Positions 1 through 13,594 are shown, counted from the stretch's first letter. The stretch: DNA of 64,000 nucleotides from Eledone cirrhosa (GCA_964016885.1 OZ024741.1:139376001-139440000), one strand, 5' to 3'. A program made the numbers and translations. Notes: generated by a model not told the origin, from the sequence alone.

Positions 1-52
1 TATATATATATATATATATACATACATACATACATACATACATACAGATATA

Positions 53-163
53 TATCTTATCTGGCATGCTTGCATATCTATACATTACACATGTACATAG
101 TTATATACACATTGGTGTAGTCTCGGTAACCCAATTTGTATTTATATAGATATATCTTTATTG

Positions 164-198
<35 letters not shown>

Positions 199-201
199 AT
201 G

Positions 202-241
<40 letters not shown>

Positions 242-386
242 CATACATACATACAAATATATATATATATACATACAATAAACATATATCTATATAAATA
301 CAAATTGGGTAACCGAGACTACACCAATGTGTATATAACTATGTACATGTTTAATATATAGTTATGCAAGCATGCCAGATAAGATA
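53..386. repeat. ~330-bp imperfect palindrome (fold-back) centred on (TA)n
   Basis: tatcttatctggcatgcttgcat...gtctcggtaacccaatttgt (53-165) is mirrored by acaaattgggtaaccgagac...atgcaagcatgccagataagata (275-386). Confidence 0.9.
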
Positions 387-1500
387 GGAATTTCCCTGTA
401 AATTGAAGATAACAATTACAAACATCTTTTATCGTCTATCGGACCTAACAGTTTGGCTCTAATCAGAAGGTGTGTATATCATATAAACAACCACTTATAT
501 ACGCAGTGTATAAATTATATACGCAAATATGATTTGAAAATATTACAGAATAGGCAGATGATATACTGATATAAGATGACACTGAAAATTGTGCAATATA
601 GTGTGAGAAGTGTAATCTATTTATCTATTGGAATGTCTGTTGCAATCTTTTCGATCTCTAGTTAGTTTAATGTTGGTTATGTATTGCCTTTAAGTCAAAT
701 GTTAACATTCTTTTTTAAAATACAGATCACGTATGGGTCTCCGTTATTGTTCCTTATTGGAAGTTGTGTTCACGTAGAATTGAGTCCATTGTCAGGGTCC
801 TCTAATAGCTAGTTGTTGTTCTTTATATCGTGGTTATTTTTAATTTAGTTTTTCATAAAATATATCAATCAGTTAAGTGTAAGTAGGATACAAAAGATAT
901 ATATAATTTGTTGAAGACGTTGCGGAAGTGTATCCATCAATTATGTTAACACAGATATATATATATATATATGATACAGGCTCCTTTGTATCGGGGCTAG
1001 ATTTAATGTAAATATTGAAGTACATTCATCAGTTATATAAAATCAAGTATGAGATGGATGTTCTCTTTCTGGTTATAGTTGTTGTTGTAGTTGATGAAAT
1101 AAATAGAGGAATTACGCTGAATATATATGTGTGTATGTGTGTGTTTGTGTATGAGTGTATGTGTATGTGTGTGTGTACTTATGTATAAGGGACACGTTTT
1201 CGTTATACCATGGAGGTTGATGCTTTAGATGTTACAGTCAGTCGTATTAAATCAGATATTAAAGATGTGCGTTCAGTTTATATTGTGAAAAATACTGTTG
1301 TAACTGTTGTTGAAATCGGTATATCATACAATTATGTCTATATATGTACATCAGTTGCCGGGTCTCTGTTTTAACAGGTATATTCAAACGTCTGAAGATT
1401 GAAATATTTATAATATTCTTTATCTTAGGGTGCATTGTATTAATATTTGAGTATTGGAACACTTTCATATTAAAATTCTTTATGAGTTTCATCAGGGATA
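275..1500 (-). mobile_element. Highly decayed Penelope-like (probably Naiad-type) remnant
   Basis: Faint minus-strand motifs (QLMYI, QPPWYNENV, GYTSATSS resembling YIGxTxTSF); degenerate hammerhead-like cctt-ctgatta-gagc-caaa-ctgtt-agg at ~444-470; ends in the fold-back. Confidence 0.35.
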
Positions 1501-2100
1501 TTTGAACCGAAAATAATAACTGTCAAATAAAACAAATGTAGAAGCCATTCCATGTGTCTTATTTCTGATTTATTTGAATAACACTCCTGCAGTTGTATGT
1601 TTAAGATCTGTCCCCAACCAACTGATACTTAATTAAATCCCGCAGTCCGAATACTTGAACATGTATCTTGTACTAAATCACGTCTTATGTGATTCCTAGT
1701 GAGTAGAATATGATAAAGAAGCACACACACAAATACACACACAATATGAGTGTATGTCTATATGTTCCGTAAAATAGTTGTTTGATTGAAATTAAATCTA
1801 TAAAGAATCAGGCATGAAACTTAGTCGACGATGTCGACGCCACTATGCCAACTGGGTTCCCAGCGTGATCGCAATCAAATGAATGAAACCAGGCAGCATA
1901 TCATATTCTAAATTGATATATGAAAGATCATCGCTTTACTTATTTCTAAACATCTGCTTTCTTTTATTATACTCTCGGCTCATTCAATTCGTGAATATTT
2001 GCCCTACATTCCATAAAAGCTAAATTTCATCAGAAGTTGAGAATTTACGCGAAGGTATTTACTGAAGATATTTCGCTTTCTTGCAGTTTATCTATGAATT

Positions 2101-2311
2101 TGTAGCGACCCCTATTGTAAAAAAAAGAGAATTAATTAGTGTTACTTCCCGTAGGCATAATAAATAGACGAGACTTGTGTTTCTCACTCTCTTATTTACT
2201 GCCGGCCGCGTTCTGACGAGCAGCTCTCTATATCTTCTTTTTTATTGAATTAGTGGTTGGTTACCAGCGGTATCTTCAGGAGTAGATTAACCCAATAAAC
2301 CATTCGCTAAA
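2101..2311 (+). mobile_element. LTR-like sequence (Gypsy-type), 211 bp
   Basis: Starts TGTAGCGA, ends TCGCTAAA (1 mismatch to TCGCTACA), AATAAA at 2294, followed after 1 nt by a tRNA-Trp PBS TGGTGACCCCGACGTGAT. Confidence 0.7.
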
Positions 2312-2312
2312 C

Positions 2313-2386
2313 TGGTGACCCCGACGTGATTTAAATACAAGCCTTCTAATCTGGAGTAAGATGTGCTACCGTTGCGCCACAGGACC
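2313..2386 (-). tRNA. trnW: tRNA-Trp(CCA) copy, diverged and probably pseudo, with encoded 3' CCA
   Basis: Minus strand reads ggtcctgtggcgcaacggtagcacatcttactCCAgattagaaggcttgtatttaaatcacgtcggggtcaCCA, close to canonical metazoan tRNA-Trp; substitutions in acceptor stem and T-loop. Confidence 0.85.
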
Positions 2387-2964
2387 TGGTCTCGCGAGAC
2401 GGATAGCAACAATCAAATATAAAATGCTACACAATTGCTTATACAGATGGCTTATGACGTTGGCATTGTATATTCTTATTCGGTTACCTTGTATTAAATC
2501 TTAAGGAAATTTTATTTTTGTTTTGACGATAGGCTTGTATTTTAAGAAATATTTTACAAGCTTACGTTACTTGATAGTACATTACGTTTTAATTTATACG
2601 ATCGTGTAAAAAGAAATTATGAAGTTATTCATAACATTGGTTATATATGAATGACACCTATCATATAAATATTTAATATGAATCTCCGTTGCATTCGAAT
2701 TACTCTACTGTGCTATTATTAAATGTACTTGTGTATCAGTATTTCTCGACTTTACATTCAATGGTGTTCAAGCTGTCATTGACAATTGAATGATCAAAAT
2801 GTCATTAGAAAATGTGTTTGTATCGATTCCAAACTGTTTTTATTTGCACCTATCAATTTTAAAGTTAAAATCATATGTTTGTTAGATCGCGTTTAGTTTT
2901 AAAACTTTTGCAGATTTCCTTCTATATATATAAAGATAATATTTGCTTGTGTGTGTGTTTCAGT

Positions 2965-4400
2965 ATGTCCCGCTTTTGGGTGAAAGCAGAAATTGTTTTC
3001 TTAAACATTTGTGAGCTAGGACTCCTAATTAAACGCACACACAATAAGGAATATTTAGACAGACAATAACCTCAGCTGCTTCTGCACCACAAGTCCAGAA
3101 AGAGGCAGACCACTTATCATTACCTCAATGGCCAAGAAGACCCTAACAGAAATATAGAGCGGATGGACCAGAGCCATACGAACCTACGAAAACCACGATA
3201 AATTAAAAATGATCACACATGCGGTGGGGGCCAGTATAAAACTAACCCTTAAGGAACATATGTTCAAGTTTAATGGCAAAACATATGCCCATAAGGAGGA
3301 GGCAGCCATTGACGTTAGCATTGCACGGGAATATAGCTAACTTCTTCTGGTGTGGTGGGGCAGAAAACTTAACGAACCCTTAGACGACAATTGTATAACA
3401 TTGATTATCTACATCCGCTACGTAGATGACATAAACATCGTAGTAAAAACACCCCCACAGTAGAAGATTCAGGAATGAAAGAACATTTGCATCCAGCAAA
3501 TACCTAACTCCATCTACCAGAGTATTAAAGTTACTATAGTCTACTCAACTAAACACGCCAACAATAGATTACACGTACTAGACACATGACTATGGGTGGA
3601 AATGATTAGTAATAGAACGCAGATCCTCCATTGGCATTATACCAAACCCATGATCTCCAAGTACCCGATCCACAGAAATTGTAAAATTAGAAACGTCGTA
3701 TATAGCATAAGATGTACTGAGGAATAAGAACATAACATACATAGGTGAAACAGCCCGTAGCATAGGAGAAAGAATAAGTGAACACTGACGAGAACACTAG
3801 GTTGGAAAAAACTCATCAGAACTCCACCAACATGCCAAAATAGAACATAGGCGCACATTAGAGAACATAGTTATAGAATTGTTATCCACTCACGGAAAAG
3901 ATGCAATGCTCAGACAAATCACACAGACGACAAACAAACGAACTCCAACCAAACTTAACCAGAAAACGAGTGGAATAGCAATATAACAACTAATAATTAA
4001 CGACAAAATGAAGACACATAGACACACTCAAAAACTAAACTAACAAAACAAGTAAAAAACACACAGAGAGAAAAACACCCAACTAGTTAAAAGTAAATAA
4101 ACACATAAATAAATAAATTAAAAAAACACACACACACTCGGACGTAATGCATGCACAAACTAAGCAAACAACACACAATACAAGATGATGTAGGGAAGAA
4201 CACAGGAGCGACACCAAATAAAAACCCAGTCACTGAGGAGGTCACATAATGTGTGACGAAAGAACTTTGACAATATGTAAACAACTATCTGGTTATCGAA
4301 CAAACCAACCAACCGGAAATTTAGGAAAGTTATAATAAATTGAAGAGAACATTAACAGGTGGGTGTGTTATTATTGGCAGCATATCCCACCAAAGAATAA
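2965..4400 (+). mobile_element. Decayed, 5'-truncated Neptune-like Penelope element, related to 57874-62177
   Basis: Remnant peptides ELGLLIKRTH, HAVGASIKLTLKEHMFKFNGK, RYVDDINI, RNVVYSIRCTE align with the ORFs at 58642-60363; 3' pLTR with hammerhead; ends at (TA)n. Confidence 0.8.
4229..4271 (+). ncRNA. Minimal type I hammerhead ribozyme (PLE pLTR)
   Basis: gtca-CTGAGGA-g-gtcaca(taatg)tgtgac-GAAA-gaac-TT-tgac; stems I and II pair. Confidence 0.75.
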
Positions 4401-4426
4401 TAATATATATATATATGTACATACAT

Positions 4427-4476
<50 letters not shown>

Positions 4477-6276
4477 TGTGTTTGTGCGTGAACCACTGAT
4501 ATATTCTCAGGGGAAATACAACTTGATCCGTCAAATAGTCAGTAAGACTTAAGTTTCACGATTTTGTCCTGCATCACAATTCGTTATTCCATATTGAAGC
4601 AGGTATCATAAATCTGGAAAATCGTCATATGTTTTATTCCATTTCATCACTTAATTAGCAGTGTGTGCAAGATAGTATTTGACTTCAGATCTCTATACTT
4701 GCAGTGATAGTGGTATTGGTTTTAACAGCGTGGTGGCCCATTAATATGTTGAATACAATCTTCAACATGGTGGGTATATTTGACCTTAACCAAACACCAT
4801 GAACATTTCTCGAATAGCAATTGAAATATATTCTTAACTCTTCGAACTATGTTGTAAGTAGTGCTACCAATGATAATAAACTGACTCGCTGCAGGCTTAC
4901 TTGAGTTTTTAGAACTAAACAGTTATAGTTTTGAAAATCATGAAGATTCATTAGCAGGTTGCTTATACTTTAACGCCAATAATGTAAATATTCTAACAAA
5001 AATAGAATTAAATATAGATCCGTGTCAGCGTTTCGTACCAGTACATAAATCTGCTTATCACAATTCCTTTTGTTTATATAATTTATTCAGTATCATTCCA
5101 TGAAATGCTGATACGGCAAATGAAAGTGGTTTAGCTAACTTTCATGTATTTTTAATATACGATTTTGGATACTTTAGCATGCTGTTAATTAAATGCTTTT
5201 TTAAAGTTCATCGGGGTATTCTAATAACAACCTTTCATTCTTAAACTAATTTACATATATGTTAGATATTTCTACGCCATTGAAACTTTTTTATGCAATG
5301 CGGGGTAACTAAAAACGCGAGAATGATATATCTCAGTGGGGATCGCTTTATGTTTATTTATGATACGCCAGTGAGCTTGGATAAAATATGATTTAAACTG
5401 GTAAATTTAAAAGTATAATAACCAAACATGAGATGATTTTCTATTTTATATGTTCTATTTAACTGCTGGTTTTGGATAAATTTGCATCTCATGACACGAG
5501 ATGGCATTTGGCATACTTTGATGAAATTTGAGGCGTAAATTATTCATTATCTCTTACAAATGTCTTCTATATTATTTTAGTTAATATTGGATCAACGTCA
5601 TTGATGTTTTCTCTCAAATGCAATAAAATTTAAAACATTGTTTCCGCAACAGCTTCGTTATTACATTTCTTATATATTAAGTTAATATTACTATTTTACA
5701 CAGTATTGGCAAATTTAATTCTTCGTATATAATTACTATTTAATTTTGATTTGTAAAATAAAATTGTAGTATACTTATAATAATCCCCCGCCCCCTCCAA
5801 AGTTCAATATCCTGTGATAAATAATTATCACAAGTATCAATATCAAATACATTTCGCATGAATATTATTGAAATTACGAAAAAAAAAATAACTTGAATGA
5901 TACTGAAATAAATGTGTGTAATTTACTGTTATATTTTGTTTCCCTTTATAACCAGCATATCATTCATGTTATATAATGATTACGTTTCACTAAAATCAAA
6001 TCCCACGCCATACTGAAACATTGCGTAATAGAAAATCAAATCATGAAACAAAAAATGTTTTAGTATTCCGGAATACAAAATTAGAATTGTTTGAAAATGA
6101 ATCTTGGAAATGTTGATTATACATACATTCATTTCATTATTCACTAATGATTACCATAATAGTTTATATCAACTCATATGATGTATTTCCTAGGTTCAAC
6201 GTTCGCATCGTATTCATTCTATCTATTCGGTAATTCGAATAATTTGGTGGATAGTATGGTTTATTGTATACATATA

Positions 6277-6598
<322 letters not shown>

Positions 6599-7164
6599 AG
6601 GTTGAGGTGTGTATGTAAGTCTGTGTGAATGTGTGGGGGGTTGATGTATGTGTTCGAGTATGCGTAATGAAATGTCTCAAATTTCCAAAATAGGAGAATG
6701 CATTTTATTTCTGTCAATCATCACGGTTCTGAAAGATTAGTACTAGTTCGATCATGTTTGCACATAGACTAGTATTATCTATACTGCAAGCTTTACTAAG
6801 TAGCCATGCATGCCAGACCCCAATCTCCATGCTATTGTTGTTGACATATAACGCTAGGAAGCCTTTACGAAAATTAGAGCAACGTGAAATTAAATGGTTT
6901 GCTCAAGTATATAATGCGCCGCTCGGTCCATGAACGGCATCAATGTACATATAAAATGAACTAGTTGTTTCAGAACATTAAAATTGTTAGAACTTACATA
7001 AAACTTGCCATAACTTTGCATAGATATTTACAGAATTAATTGTCAATCATATTTGAAAAGAAATGGTCTTAATTAAATGATAAGACATTAATTAAGTTAA
7101 AAATCAATACATTAATAAATGGTAAGAATATGTTTTGAGATAAAATACCATCAAAGATAGACAC

Positions 7165-7480
<316 letters not shown>

Positions 7481-7749
7481 TCAGGAGGTAATGGCAACAA
7501 AGATAACATGAAACCAGATGAAAATAAGACTGATGATAGAAATTAAATGTTTTAATTAAAGTGAAATTTAGATTTTAATATCTTAGATGCAAGACTAAAT
7601 CTCAATAGTGGACAGTTTTTTTATTCAATAATATTGACAAAAGAACATATAAACACAGATAGCTATATAATACAAACAGAGTCATGTATAATTCTTAGTG
7701 TATGCGTTTGGTGTGTGTTCATCTCTGTCTCTTCCTCTCTCTCTCCCTC

Positions 7750-7793
<44 letters not shown>

Positions 7794-9239
7794 TCTTTCT
7801 CTCTCTCTCTATATATATATATATATTTATAAATATAGGTGTATGTGTGTGTATATTAATGTGTTTGTAGGAAAATGTGTCCATAAATCCTGAGAGACTA
7901 ATGAGAGTTTGTAATGGCAAAAATTGGTGAAGCTGTTTTATCGAAATGTTATACTTTATTTTTTAACCCGATAAACTACCTCGAAGCAAGTTGACTTTCA
8001 ACTTAAGATATCTATAATTATCTGTTGTTTTATTTTTTTAAATTTTAATTATAAGAATTTGATGTGAAAATAATGGCCAGTTTCTAATTAAAATCACCTA
8101 GTAATGCTTACCTTAGATTTAACTTAATCTTCATATAGAATCTCTGCTGACGTACGAATAGTCATTACACACACACACACACCATCGTAAACGCTTGGCA
8201 ACGCGTTAGTATTTCACATCTCGCTCTCTTATATATATGTATTGTGTACATTACCAAAATAAGTAATGTACACAATACATTAGTAGAATGTATACAACAA
8301 ATATTATATAGAAAATCCATATTTGTGTGTATGTGTGTAAAATAACGATAATTGCAATGTCCAGATATAGATATTCATAATTCATTTTATTCATAATCTG
8401 CCATAATAATTTACGTAATGCTCCAACACGCAATACCCACCATACAAATAACGTTATAAATCAATTGTATCTTTTGTTGCATCTGTAATTTACACTTGCG
8501 CTAGCAAACAGGCCTTTTTCGTCAGGAGAATACATAAAAAATGTATACGAGTTAATAAAATAACAAGGCACATTTGCTGATATTTAATTATCCATTTACA
8601 GAATACTGGAAATTCATACACGTTTCATTGTGTTACGTAAATGTCTTACGCAATGTGCATTATTGCATAATCTCTTCAGAGAAAACCGAGGGGAAATGAT
8701 GTTCAAAGCGCGTAAAATCACACTTATATAGGTTTGACGCCCATGCCCGCATACATACTATCTTCAACACGCATACGTATGACCATAAATACGCAAAATG
8801 TCCACACACGTATATGGGTATATTCGTTTGTACTTACAACCAGGTGTGTTCCCCAGTGACAAATGTGACTTGGGATTGGCCGTTAGGTATATTGAGTGGG
8901 GTTATTGGTATAATGCCAATGTTAAATTTGCTCTTAGTAAAATTAAGTGGGAAGTGGATAGCAAATCGATTGACATTTGGTTGATCAGTGGTTAGAGTGA
9001 GACAATAACACAGTAAGGAGAGCATATCTATGAAGACTAGAAAACTATAGAGGTTGATATATAAAGGAAAGGAGAATGATCAGTACTAAAATAAGAGACT
9101 TAGCTGGTCATGTCCGTGAATTGTAGAAAAATAAGGTTAAAAGTAATTGGGTGAATGGAATATATGTGTTTGTGTATGTCAGTATGTGTGAAGACATGGT
9201 TTAGTGCTGAGAGATTTAAATGTAGTAAGGTTGTGTGTT

Positions 9240-9485
9240 AGAATACCGGACCGGAGAATGCGAGATCCATGGACGAGTTCTCTCCAGCGGTCTCTGTTGC
9301 TCATTATCGCTGCCATGTGCTGCGTCTACAACAGACCAGTGTCTGTCCTTAGGCCATCAACATACGTTAACCTTGGTCTTCCTCTTCTAGTGTGTCCATG
9401 TAGGGGCTCCCAAAGGAGCACTGAGTGCAATGTCAAATCTGGATCTCGGTGAGCATGTCCAGCTAACCTCAGTCTCCTCTGTGTC
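9240..9485 (-). mobile_element. RTE-clade LINE 3' end
   Basis: Minus-strand translation TQRRLRLAGHAHRDP..VLLWEPLHGHTRRGRPRLTYVD..NRDRWR, the typical RTE C-terminus. Confidence 0.85.
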
Positions 9486-9875
9486 ACTTGAGAAACACCA
9501 GGAATTTGGCTTTACTGTAGCACCGGCTCAGAGCAGGAGAGTTAGGGCGAAAAAGGTATCGGATGCTGAATTTGCCGACGACATAGTTTTGGTGACAAAT
9601 ACAGTGGAGGAGGAAGTGGATTTGATGCGGGAGGCTGAGACTGTGTCGATGAGTGTGGGCTGAGAATGAATGAGGCTAAAACAAAATATCTGGTAGAGAA
9701 TGTTGAGAAGCCAGAGGGGACCACTAATGTAGGCGGGAAGCCGCTAGAATTGGTTGAGGGCTTCCTGTATTTGGGAGCAAAGATTGGGAATACGGAAGAG
9801 AATGGGGTTGAGAGTAAGAGCAAGGCCTGGGCGGTGTGCCACAGCTTGAGATCGGTGTGGAAGTCGGACTTTCGT
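9481..9875 (+). mobile_element. RTE-clade RT fragment (domains 5-7), inverted relative to its 3' end
   Basis: EFADDIVLV, MNEAKTKYL, FLYLGAKI, KAWAVCHSLRSVWKS; frameshifted. Confidence 0.85.
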
Positions 9876-9904
9876 AGATATATATATATAGAGAGAGAGA
9901 AAAA

Positions 9905-10686
9905 ATTTACGAAATGGAAATGCGGGTATATAGAATTTATTACGTAACAATTGTTTCTATAGTGTATGAGTTACCTATACCTCGCTACTTGAATAATACA
10001 CAAATATTATCAAAAACCGAAAGTACACTGTAAGCCAACACACCATGTCATCAGACCTTTGTATTAGAATGATATGAAAATATTTTATACACTAGATAAA
10101 AGATAAAGAAGGAGGTAGGAAGAGAAGGGGAAGAGGGAAGTGAGTAAGGTGGAGGGAGTCTTAGGGTTTAAGACTGTCAGACTAGTAGAGATTGTGAAGA
10201 GAGAATGTTTTGGCAGCAGTTAGCTTAATGAGGCGTGCCAAGGTTGGCTGGGAAGTAGATTCTTCTAGTGGTGTTGTTCGGACAAAATTTGGTTAGAGGG
10301 GTCAAAGTAGTACAGTGTCACAGACAAGTTATTAGGGCTATTATAGTAGCAGGTTATTTCTAAAGGGGTCCAGAAAAACAGTGTTTAGTACTATTATTAT
10401 AGAAAGCCATATCCAGTGTATAAACATACAAGACAGAAATTTGCAAACGTTGGTGTAAAAAGGTAACATTATATGCATTTAAAAAAAGAAAAAGTCGTTT
10501 TCAAACGATGGTTACAATATAGAGAACGTTCAATTTTGCTGTTCAAAAGTTTGTTTACCGACGTTAAAATGCAGTATATCTCTAAATTGCATAACTTGCA
10601 GAATCGATGATTTTGCGGATATGCAGGCGCAGCTGCAATAATTTGCCAATCAAGGGAGAACGCTTGATTGTTCCTCCGAAGCTGCC
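9905..10686 (-). mobile_element. 5'-truncated Naiad-like PLE (EN C-terminus plus pLTR), copy 1
   Basis: WQLRRNNQAFSLDWQII..CKLCNLEIYCIL..LLNSKIE..CNH; highly similar to 30252-31140; hammerhead core CTGATGA at 10048-10054. Confidence 0.85.
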
Positions 10687-10739
10687 ATATATATATATTC
10701 CCAACTCTCACTCTTAACTTACTATGTAAAACCATAGTA

Positions 10740-11298
10740 CCTAGAATTAAGTTTATTTTACCTTATGAGTTGATGGTCAGTCTTAGTGTCAACGCTTAGT
10801 GAAAGGTAGTATTATGACCTATAAAAACACCCTCCCATCCCCTCTGGCTTTCGGCTGACTGCCACAGTAGCGATGGTAGCAGTAAGGTTTGACAAGGCAT
10901 AGATGGGCCACTGACAGCGAATTTCGTTGAAATCTGCGGTGCTAATGGTCAACTTCCTTCGGACATGCGCTTGCGCAGACCGGTGGGGGTGAATTGGTAC
11001 TCACAAGGGAACGGATGAAAAACCCAAAAGCACGAACTTCATCCGTTCCCATGTCGATTCAATTTGGATTGCCTCGGAAACAACCTTATTATATAACAAG
11101 CATCTGATGATGTCACAACACTCACACACAGAACAGTGTGGCCAGTGTCGTCATTGAAATATATATCACAGCATTATTATTAAAGGACTTGAACATCTGA
11201 AACTACTTCGCTTTTACTTATTCGATATTTACTCCGTCACTCCTATGTGGAAAAAGTACGTTGAGTGCTTGAATTGAATTGCATCAATATTTACCCTA
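10740..11298 (+). mobile_element. Solo PLE pLTR-like segment with degenerate hammerhead
   Basis: CTGATGA at 11104, acact/agtgt stem, GAAA-tatata at 11156; stem I does not pair; ends at (TA)n. Confidence 0.4.
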
Positions 11299-11467
11299 AT
11301 ATATATATATATATATATAGATTTTGAGTTTATGTTGGTTGTATACCAACACCTCAGTATGCAGGCTGGAGCACTCGACGAAGTGCGCAGGTTGGTTTGG
11401 TTACTCCGGAGTAGTGTAAAATAAAGTTAAATAAAAGTCAAATGATTAAAATTTAGCTTCGTTTATT

Positions 11468-11522
11468 ACTGCTATATATATTTCAGTGACAGCCATCTTT
11501 GGCTGTGACCTCTTCAGGCAGT
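11468..11522 (-). ncRNA. Hammerhead ribozyme in the 3' pLTR
   Basis: Reverse-complement copy of 13366-13420. Confidence 0.8.
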
Positions 11523-12709
11523 TTGAATTAGTATGGTATAGACAAGTACATATATTGTTTAGGTGTATGATATTGTCAATACTCTGATATGCCCAGTTCC
11601 TTGCTGGGTTGTTAATTCACTGGGGAACTGGAGTCATATGAATTCAAACAAACGAATTTTCGTGTCACAGGTCCCCTTCTCCTCTCATTGGTCACTTATT
11701 AGTGTTGTCATTGTTGGAGTTAGCTTAAAAATTGATAAAATGGTAGAAGGGACAAGGTGTTGAAGGAACAAAATATCAAAAAATGTGTCAAACTTCCCAT
11801 TGTTCAGTTCTGAGAGCATTCCTCAGGCAGAAGTCTATAGAATTCTTTCTGGGGTGAGGCTCCCTGTAGTGTTTATGCCTGCTATTGTTCAGTACATTTG
11901 ACCTCCACCATTATTTTGGTACTGTTGTTGTTGTAGTGGTCAGCTTATACCTTGCTGCTGCTAACAATTTAGAAGTATTCAGTTTGTGTTTTCTCTTCAT
12001 TCCACCCGCCACCATCGTAGTGCTGGTGGCGGGGGGTGGGGGGTTCTTTCATGTATATGAAGAAATATAAGGCAATAAATGAAGAAAACAGAACATAAAT
12101 AAATAATATAATAAAATAAAATAATTAATATAATTTGTGTAATTTGAAAATAAATAAATAAATAGAGAATAAAGAATAAAGAGTAAATGAGAGATTGGTG
12201 AAAAAGTAATGATAATGTATATGGAGAAGTGAGAAATAATGTAGGATAAAGTGTGTGTGTGTGTGTGCTATAACCAATCTCAAGGTCAGAATATGTTGGA
12301 TAGATTGGTATGAGACAAGATGTTAAGATGAGATATTCAATGTGTTTGTGTTATAATCTATCTCAACTTAAAATAAATATAAGGTTATACAGTGAAGAGG
12401 GCGGAAAACAAATAACAAATTAATAAAGAGAAATCAAGATTTAAGATTGGAACTTTAAAGTCAGAAATCTGGTAAATTAAAAGTGTTTGTGTTATAGATG
12501 TTGGCCAGATTATTATGGCTGTGTCCGATTCTATCTATAGGCTATCATGGTGTCTGCTCCGCCTGGGTTGTTCCCTATGGCTTGAGGGGAGTTCACAACC
12601 TAGGGTGTTGTAATTGTCCATATAGCTTGAGGGAGGTCTGGCCGAGAGGTGTTTTCATGTTCTGTAGAAGTCCCTATAGCTTGAGGGGAGTTCACATCTT
12701 CTTGTGTTG

Positions 12710-13255
12710 CTACTGTCCATATATTTTGAGAAAGGTCCCGGCTCTAAGGTGTCTGCATGTCCCGAAGAAGTCGGTTCTGAGGTTTATCAGGCCGCTTCCA
12801 CCTCTTAGTATCTCGAGGGTCTCGTTCAGGCATAGTTTGCATATGCAAGATCCCCCTTTATCGGGTGGTACTTTCCTGATTATGTACCAGGCCAGAGAGT
12901 ATGGGGTCCTGTCCAGCTTAAGCTTCCAGATCAGGTCGGAGAGAGCTGTGCTTTTCCTTTTGGCCTCCTTCTTGAATGAATGGCGATGGTTGTACCAGCG
13001 GTCCTTAAAGCTCGTTGATGTGGCTCCTATGTAGAGGTGTTCGGAGTTGGGGGTTTTAACCCTACAACCGTACACTATGTTCTTCTTGAGACATTCATTA
13101 CCAAGGGGGCATGATTCGGGGTTTCTACAGTTGCAGAGGATGGGCGGCCTCTGCGTGCTTAGATTAGGGTTCTCATTATGTGTTACATGTTGGTCTTCCC
13201 CCATGCTCGGTGGGGGGTCCTTGGGTCTGTTTGTGTTTCTTGGGTGGGCTCTGGG
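12710..13255 (-). CDS. GIY-YIG endonuclease domain of a Naiad-like PLE (5'-truncated)
   Basis: CNCRNPESCPLGNECL-NIVY..YIGATSTSFKDRWYNH..CKLCLNE..N.R..CRH; uninterrupted frame, cut by the inversion junction. Confidence 0.85.
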   Translation of the reverse strand, partial: PRAHPRNTNRPKDPPPSMGEDQHVTHNENPNLSTQRPPILCNCRNPESCPLGNECLKKNIVYGCRVKTPNSEHLYIGATSTSFKDRWYNHRHSFKKEAKRKSTALSDLIWKLKLDRTPYSLAWYIIRKVPPDKGGSCICKLCLNETLEILRGGSGLINLRTDFFGTCRHLRAGTFLKIYGQ

Positions 13256-13365
13256 TCCAGTTCCCCAGTGAATTAACAACCCAGCAAGGAACTGGGCATA
13301 TCAGAGTATTGACAATATCATACACCTAAACAATATATGTACTTGTCTATACCATACTAATTCAA

Positions 13366-13420
13366 ACTGCCTGAAGAGGTCACAGCCAAAGATGGCTGTC
13401 ACTGAAATATATATAGCAGT
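13366..13420 (+). ncRNA. Hammerhead ribozyme in the inverted pLTR
   Basis: actgc-CTGAAGA-ggtcacagcca(aaga)tggctgtcact-GAAA-tatatata-gcagt, then AATAAA. Confidence 0.8.
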
Positions 13421-13594
13421 AATAAACGAAGCTAAATTTTAATCATTTGACTTTTATTTAACTTTATTATATATATATATATATAGATAAATTGAAACAA
13501 AATGAAAACGAAATTTCATTTCTCACTGCTCAGCCGTTAATTTTCATAAGGAAAGTATATACTTTCGAACGTTCAACTATCTGGCAGATGGGTA

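Larger units (their letters stand above)
11320..13468 (-). mobile_element. Naiad-like PLE: GIY-YIG part only, long 3' region and 213-bp inverted pLTRs, in (TA)n
   Basis: Arms 11420-11632 and 13256-13468 appear identical in inverted orientation; (TA)n on both flanks. Confidence 0.9.

Noticed and set aside
4530-5650. Possible decayed DNA-transposon coding region
   Set aside because: No motif, TIR or sustained frame recognised
12570-12740. Spaced ~45-bp repeats resembling a CRISPR array
   Set aside because: Degenerate duplications of a PLE ORF end in eukaryotic DNA; no cas genes
12500-13279. Selenoprotein/SECIS as described for some Naiad elements
   Set aside because: Conserved Cys positions are normal codons in the Naiad-like fragments here; no in-frame UGA and no SECIS recognised
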